Part shown: in pieces, positions 28,001-32,000 of the stretch | How positions within the stretch are numbered: the stretch's first letter is position 1 | How the letters are laid out: each line of letters opens with the position of its first letter | The notes under the pieces: generated by a model | What the model was told of the DNA's origin: nothing | What the model saw: the letters and a program-made list of their open reading frames with translations, nothing else | Database searches by the model: none | DNA from: Candidatus Heimdallarchaeota archaeon B3_Heim | GTDB taxonomy: Archaea; Asgardarchaeota; Heimdallarchaeia; Hodarchaeales; Hodarchaeaceae | NCBI GenBank assembly: GCA_003144275.1 | Contig: NJBF01000002.1 | Location: forward strand, 60,001-92,000 | DNA: 32,000 nucleotides | Direction: 5' to 3' | Made by a program: the position numbers and the translations under genes

Positions 28001-30372
28001 GTTTAGAGACGGATACCTATGATGTGCGTGTTAATTATACTACTGTAAATGCAAACAAGGAAGTTGTCTACAATGGCACCTACGTTACCTACCAATATAC
28101 GGTCACCAAGGATACTGCCATTTTTATCACTGGAACCAGTATTCAGGATGTGTTCAACAACGTAGTGCAGGTAGCACAAGATATAGATAATGTGAACGCC
28201 TCATTATCCTCTCAAATAATCGATGTAGATATCCATATCAGCAACGTAAATACCAGCATTACTGATCAAGTGGTAAGTGTTGAAATATATCTCGATAACG
28301 TAAATACCACCATAGGAAGTCAACTGGTAAGTTTAAGTAGTGAAATTAGTAATTTACAAACAAATGTTACTTTACAATTTGTAGATATTAATAGCACCAT
28401 ACTCAATGTCAATAGTTCAATCTTTGCCCAGACTGTATCAATATTATCTGATTTGGATAATGTAAATAGCACTATTTATGCTCAAACACTTACACTCCTC
28501 TCAGATATTTCCAACACCAACTCTACACTCTATACTCAGACTGTCACTATTTTGAGCGATATAACCAACATGAACAGTACCATTTACTCGCAAACAGTCA
28601 CCATCTTGTCCAATATACAAAATATGAATTCCACTATTTATGATCAGACAGTAAACATAATTAGTAATATCGAAAATATCAATTCTACTCTATACACCCA
28701 AACAGTTACAATCCTCTCCCAGTTGACCAATAATATGTCAACCATTTATAGCCAAACTGTTTCTATCCTTTCTGACATATCCAACACTAATTCAACAATA
28801 TATGCACAAACTATCTCTATAATTTCGCAATTAACGAACAATATGACTACTATTTACGATCAAACACTGTCCATCATATCAAACGTTTCCAATACCAATA
28901 GCACTATATATTCGCAAACATTAACCATTCTTTCGCAATTGACAAACAATATGTCCACTATCTATACCCAGACCGTTACAATCTTATCAGACATATACAA
29001 TATGAATACAACTTTGTATAGTCAAACAGTGACTGTACTCTCAGATATTCAAAATATCAACTCTACTCTCTATACACAAACCATCTCAATTCTATCTAAT
29101 ATAGAGAATGTGAATTCGACCATTTTTAATCAGACAGTAACTATCTTAAGTAACATTTCGAACGTGAATTCTACGATTTATACTCAAACACTAAGCATTT
29201 TATCAACTATTCAGAATACCAATTCTACTCTCTATAGTCAAACAGTTTCGATCCTGTCTGATATTTCTAATATGAATTCCACGATTTACACTCAAACGAT
29301 TAGTATTCTGTCAGATATTCAAAACATAAATTCCACGATTTACACTCAAACAATCGAAATTCTCTCGGAAATCCAGAATACCAATACCACCATCTTTAAT
29401 CAAACAATTGAGATTCTTAGTAACATCGAGAATACCAATACCACGCTCTTTAATCAAAACATTCAGATTCTATCCGAATTACAAAATGTCAATTCGACTA
29501 TCTATCATGCCACTTTAGAGATCATTACTCTCATTGGTGAAATGTATGGCATTTTTCGCGTTCATTTCTCCATTATCGATTCTCTCGGGATTGGATTACC
29601 CTGGGAAACTGTTTTACTTATGGTGAATAATTCTCGACACTTCGATCAAGAACTTTATATTTCTAATAATACATTCTTGCAATTAGCGGCTTTTGATTGG
29701 TTTAATATTCAGCTCTGGGAGGAGAATTATACCATTAGAGAACGAACTGAGGTCAATATTACCATTAAGTTGTACTTACTCATTCTCAAAAATAATGGGA
29801 ATTATACTGCTTATGTCAAGATTTATCGCGCTGGGCAGTTAGGGTTGAATGTCACTGTATCGCCAGGGAATTCAATCGGGGTTAGAATGACGGAAGAAGT
29901 CTATTCGTATAAAGTCTATTATTTCAAAGCAGAACATCAAAACGTGACCACTCGTGCGGATGAAGCGAGCGAGATCACGAATTGGGGCAAGACCCTCTAT
30001 AATGTAGGGAGTTTTCGAGTTAGTGCTCAGTTACCGCGTGTCTTAGATGTCTCAACTCCAACACTTACCCCTCCCGCGTTAGAAGGCTGGGCGAAATTCT
30101 GGGATGGATTTCTGTCAGGCATGACGATTGCGGCGATAGGAGCGGCTATTGCTTCGTTCTTTGTTTTTACGTTTCTGAAAGAAAGTTGGTATGGAACCAA
30201 AGCGGTTGTTTTGGATAAAGCCGCGGATGATTCTCTCTTTAAACCCCAAAGTTTGGAAAGACATGAGGATAGGTTGCAATCGCGATACTATCGCAACCAA
30301 CAAAGTTACCAGAAAAAACGCACTTGGTTACAGAAAATTAAACGAATATTAGGATTTACTGATCATGAATAA
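25027..30372 (+). CDS. Giant surface spike/stalk protein with 25 x 18-aa repeats, 1781 aa
   Basis: Signal peptide, beta-sandwich-like regions (YDPNFEG...EIFIDDFK resembles CBM4/9), repeat stalk, C-terminal TM (FLSGMTIAAIGAAIASFFVFTFL) and basic cytoplasmic tail. Confidence 0.9.
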   Translation: MIMKLSKTFALMLSLIVIFSFLNSFNLLENENIVETTTIDKLTAEENTNSDLNTETPEINNFENNFLEENDPISASVQEVAWKTAETIKTDHYFNNQTPEILSVWAGYSEDTYKDSELIWETEVDDVNWDEIFKLDIDNRSIFWDNSLTFIRQNDTYAYNMSMLASNLPLGSVPLPSRATFFEFNLRVLARHAGTFYVNTFYTTTDEDGTAPAEYVEIYSDIAFPVDENYMDAEGYLYYRYQVKTVGVNTAGYGFTGVNITNKVFNVNSQLYETIDIDTIGLVEEAWLTDRIEIVGLQYTVFVPDVVESYPRAERLQTSSETYNLKLKVDSFDYGTQIKIYTPTSIAGEFYEYVIDPVPSSFGYDASNNLWINNTVPTIYQITFQITTENNYYAVYETTPRYLYDPNFEGTWQYDWANTSSDEWTVDLTSSIIFDGSLALNLTSDNDISTYCSLDSYVYPAEYTFTFAYYRTTSSPIYFYWWENDGWQYEVLETITDRWIKHIERYNITGDTGGYNIAFVTSSTNQEIFIDDFKTWEANGQVRTTGYANNLMETGMFATIRNIDLYNNPAVPYHPVNIKLRDRSSDSTMLSYNTITDANGRIHVSFTLPSSNQMEEMEYTYRITSLITNEYTDSHFTPIQVEYYDYFMTENYTNFGIGGIDFTENWDDGATYTNANDNQTLGVNMISPMGTVTDFRIKFHDLDDIDADYYEFVSIRLRTNVSDLSVSLYNQTDQYIGTLTNLPLSTGELDWVTVTWNLTEVSSWFGIQGGFELRFDEVGGDGQPEADNFVWTDQIRLYYIDEPLLIDTATYGYLSTVYNQFVYYVVIDGTAQQYVFDLDPFLYDLTVDSHEITIIPFLDLSRRHLCYIHGETITLEYDVAEPGLMKIIYHDQSGYILDFDMFKTYIDDVRLYEQYVYFLNTSMVFNLTVTDIFDNIVYQNTTATFEYFREIQITLYSIKIQNQQEYPIWIQLKRGTKTFSEAVFPFEIVEFRLETDTYDVRVNYTTVNANKEVVYNGTYVTYQYTVTKDTAIFITGTSIQDVFNNVVQVAQDIDNVNASLSSQIIDVDIHISNVNTSITDQVVSVEIYLDNVNTTIGSQLVSLSSEISNLQTNVTLQFVDINSTILNVNSSIFAQTVSILSDLDNVNSTIYAQTLTLLSDISNTNSTLYTQTVTILSDITNMNSTIYSQTVTILSNIQNMNSTIYDQTVNIISNIENINSTLYTQTVTILSQLTNNMSTIYSQTVSILSDISNTNSTIYAQTISIISQLTNNMTTIYDQTLSIISNVSNTNSTIYSQTLTILSQLTNNMSTIYTQTVTILSDIYNMNTTLYSQTVTVLSDIQNINSTLYTQTISILSNIENVNSTIFNQTVTILSNISNVNSTIYTQTLSILSTIQNTNSTLYSQTVSILSDISNMNSTIYTQTISILSDIQNINSTIYTQTIEILSEIQNTNTTIFNQTIEILSNIENTNTTLFNQNIQILSELQNVNSTIYHATLEIITLIGEMYGIFRVHFSIIDSLGIGLPWETVLLMVNNSRHFDQELYISNNTFLQLAAFDWFNIQLWEENYTIRERTEVNITIKLYLLILKNNGNYTAYVKIYRAGQLGLNVTVSPGNSIGVRMTEEVYSYKVYYFKAEHQNVTTRADEASEITNWGKTLYNVGSFRVSAQLPRVLDVSTPTLTPPALEGWAKFWDGFLSGMTIAAIGAAIASFFVFTFLKESWYGTKAVVLDKAADDSLFKPQSLERHEDRLQSRYYRNQQSYQKKRTWLQKIKRILGFTDHE
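28189..29538 (+). repeat. Coding tandem repeat, 25 units of 54 nt; consensus N-x-N-S-T-I-Y-x-Q-T-[VIL]-x-I-L-S-x-I-x
   Basis: Units counted by hand from NVNASLSSQIIDVDIHIS to NVNSTIYHATLEIITLIG, all exactly 18 aa. Confidence 0.95.
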
Positions 30373-30592
30373 AGAGAATTTCACTTCTGCTGGGGCGCTT
30401 ACCAGCGCTATTATTGGCTCTACCCTCTTAGGAGTGTTTTTGGGGTCCCGCTCTGGTGGGATTTATGAATTCGAGATTGGGAACAATTTGCTAACCCTGC
30501 TTCAGCTGGTTTCAATGATATTCGCTTTAGCGTTCTGTGGTTATTTTTGGCTGGAAAACAAGAAAATATCAAAAGAGATGAAAACAAAATGA
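30365..30592 (+). CDS. Small two-TM protein, 75 aa
   Basis: Hydrophobic helices ALTSAIIGSTLLGVFLG and LLTLLQLVSMIFALAFCGYFWL, basic tail; overlaps both neighbours. Confidence 0.85.
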   Translation: MNKENFTSAGALTSAIIGSTLLGVFLGSRSGGIYEFEIGNNLLTLLQLVSMIFALAFCGYFWLENKKISKEMKTK

Positions 30593-32000
30593 TGCAACAA
30601 GAACTATTTACGGACTTAGAGACCTTTTATTATTCTCTTATTGCCATGATCCAGGAAAATGCGGTTCCGTTGATCATTGGATTCGCATTTCTCTGTTATT
30701 TTGGGGCCAATCAATGGCGGAAATCACGTGATTCGCAGCTCAGAAATGTGCGTGAGCATTGGAAAGCGATTACCTCCAAAGCAACAAAGATTTCCTCAGC
30801 ATTTAAAGGCAGGATTGGACTCGTTGAAACGGCTGGCACCATGGAGCTGGAAGGTGATATCTATCTAATTGATTCCGTGACGAATGATGAGTTAATCGAT
30901 TCTGAACGGGTGACAGCGTTACGATTAGAGCTTACACAAGAACAAATTCTCCCCAATCTAGCTGAGAATGAAATTTGTTTTGAGAAATATGAGTTTCGTG
31001 CGCGAAAAGAAAACAAGGACGGCCTTCGGATTGACATCACTAAGGGATCCCTCCAAGAACAACTACAACTACGCTTTAAGGATGAGAAGGAGGAGAAATT
31101 CCGTAAACCTGGTAATTGGGAGTTGAAGGATCGCTGGATTGTCAAAAAATTCACCCGCGTGTTGCCGACCAAAAATGATACGTATGTGTCATTAAGAAAG
31201 ACTCCAAAAGGAGGAGAAATAATTGCATTTCGGCGGCAGGGGATTCAGGAACATGAAACAATTCTCTCTGAAGCGACTCCTCTACCATTAATCGATCTCG
31301 ATCCGAATGTCACCAAGGGGCATCTTCAATTAGCTATGTTTGGATTAATCATCTATGAATTCCTGTTGATGTATACTATTTTTGCGGAACTGGATCCTAC
31401 TTTTCTGCTAGATCGAGCCACCATCCCTTGGTATTTTGTACTAGTGGTCGCGTTTGTAGGAAAATATTGGGTAGACAAAACAAAAATAGCTTATTTTGCG
31501 TATTACCGTGCGTATAGTGGTGCAGAAGAGACCTTCAAGTTGCGTGGTGTCGCAGGCGAGATTTCAACCTACACCACCAAGGTATTTGAAATTGAGTTAC
31601 ATGCCCACCCCGCCATCCCCCTAGCGAATTTACTGAAGTTTAACCCTGAAGATATCAAAGATGAGCGAATATCAGGGTTAGAACAGCGTGTCACCAATCT
31701 TAGTGCCAAGCTTGCCTCTGCCAAGTCGAAACATGATCAGTTATTATCAATTTTACAACATAAGGATCAACAATTAGATCAGTCACGAGAAAAGCATATC
31801 GAAGCATTTGATGATGGAGCCATTTTCGCGTTAACTACTTACCGAGTCAAACAACTAGAGGATGATGGAAAAACTCCGCAAGAATACGTGCAAAAACAAC
31901 AAGGGACTGATACTCTCACGTGGTTCAAAGAAATTAAACCCTTGCTTTTTCTCATTGTCATCGGGGTAGGGGCATTTTTTCTGATTACTAACTTTCTCCA
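30589..32000 (+). CDS. Multi-pass membrane protein with coiled coil (>470 aa, runs off the window; absent from the ORF track)
   Basis: Hand translation is open from ATG 30589 to the window end: MMQQELFTDLETFYYSLIAMIQENAVPLIIGFAFLCYFG... with about four hydrophobic segments and the coiled coil LEQRVTNLSAKLASAKSKHDQLLSILQHKDQQL. Confidence 0.9.
   Translation, partial: MMQQELFTDLETFYYSLIAMIQENAVPLIIGFAFLCYFGANQWRKSRDSQLRNVREHWKAITSKATKISSAFKGRIGLVETAGTMELEGDIYLIDSVTNDELIDSERVTALRLELTQEQILPNLAENEICFEKYEFRARKENKDGLRIDITKGSLQEQLQLRFKDEKEEKFRKPGNWELKDRWIVKKFTRVLPTKNDTYVSLRKTPKGGEIIAFRRQGIQEHETILSEATPLPLIDLDPNVTKGHLQLAMFGLIIYEFLLMYTIFAELDPTFLLDRATIPWYFVLVVAFVGKYWVDKTKIAYFAYYRAYSGAEETFKLRGVAGEISTYTTKVFEIELHAHPAIPLANLLKFNPEDIKDERISGLEQRVTNLSAKLASAKSKHDQLLSILQHKDQQLDQSREKHIEAFDDGAIFALTTYRVKQLEDDGKTPQEYVQKQQGTDTLTWFKEIKPLLFLIVIGVGAFFLITNFL

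Larger units (their letters stand above)
11300..32000. mobile_element. Integrated provirus-like element; left end approximate, continues past the window
   Basis: Abrupt shift from housekeeping genes to wHTH/RHH regulators, a Rep-like gene with internal iterons, a Zn-ribbon protein, orphan membrane proteins and a coupled operon of large surface proteins. No att site or integrase identified in the window. Confidence 0.72.

Noticed and set aside
28189-29538. 54-nt periodicity as a CRISPR array or diversity-generating retroelement template
   Set aside because: The periodicity is a coding repeat with synonymous divergence. There is no constant repeat/unique spacer pattern, no adenine-specific TR/VR pair and no reverse transcriptase.
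20012-30303. Short - strand and alternative-frame ORFs inside the two giant genes
   Set aside because: Shadows of long coding sequences, with no independent start signals or motifs.
30677-31172. Track ORFs 30677-30868 (+) and 30861-31172 (-)
   Set aside because: Alternative frames within the longer ORF starting at 30589.
11300-32000. Assignment to tailed viruses or to a named Asgard virus family
   Set aside because: No terminase, portal, capsid, packaging ATPase or integrase can be recognised in the window; a family call needs the rest of the element and database searches.

Overview
Archaeal chromosome segment. The bulge-helix-bulge tRNA introns show it is archaeal; an Asgard/Heimdallarchaeia-like host is my inference from gene content and protein style, not something proven here. 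The left ~10.6 kb is host DNA: mutL (partial) and mutS, tRNA-Leu(CAG), a tRNA-Ser(CGA) with two introns (37/38 and 59/60), a MoxR AAA+ / VWA pair, GDPD, PhzF and a SNAP/TPR-like helical protein. A 1.8 kb single-gene island sits between a 17-bp duplication of the tRNA-Ser 5' end and the intact tRNA. The MoxR and VWA frames are joined by a textbook -1 frameshift signal (U_UUU_UUA, 8-nt spacer, GC-rich hairpin) that would give a 649-aa AAA-VWA fusion. From about 11.3 kb to the window end lies an integrated, provirus-like element. It encodes wHTH/RHH regulators, a 787-aa probable replication initiator with an iteron-like array inside its own gene, DUF488, a Zn-ribbon protein and small membrane proteins. 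It also has a translationally coupled operon with two giant membrane-anchored surface proteins (1711 and 1781 aa); the second carries 25 tandem 18-residue repeats, each with an N-glycosylation sequon (a stalk of about 67 nm if helical). No integrase, terminase, portal or recognisable capsid gene is visible, and the element runs off the right edge.
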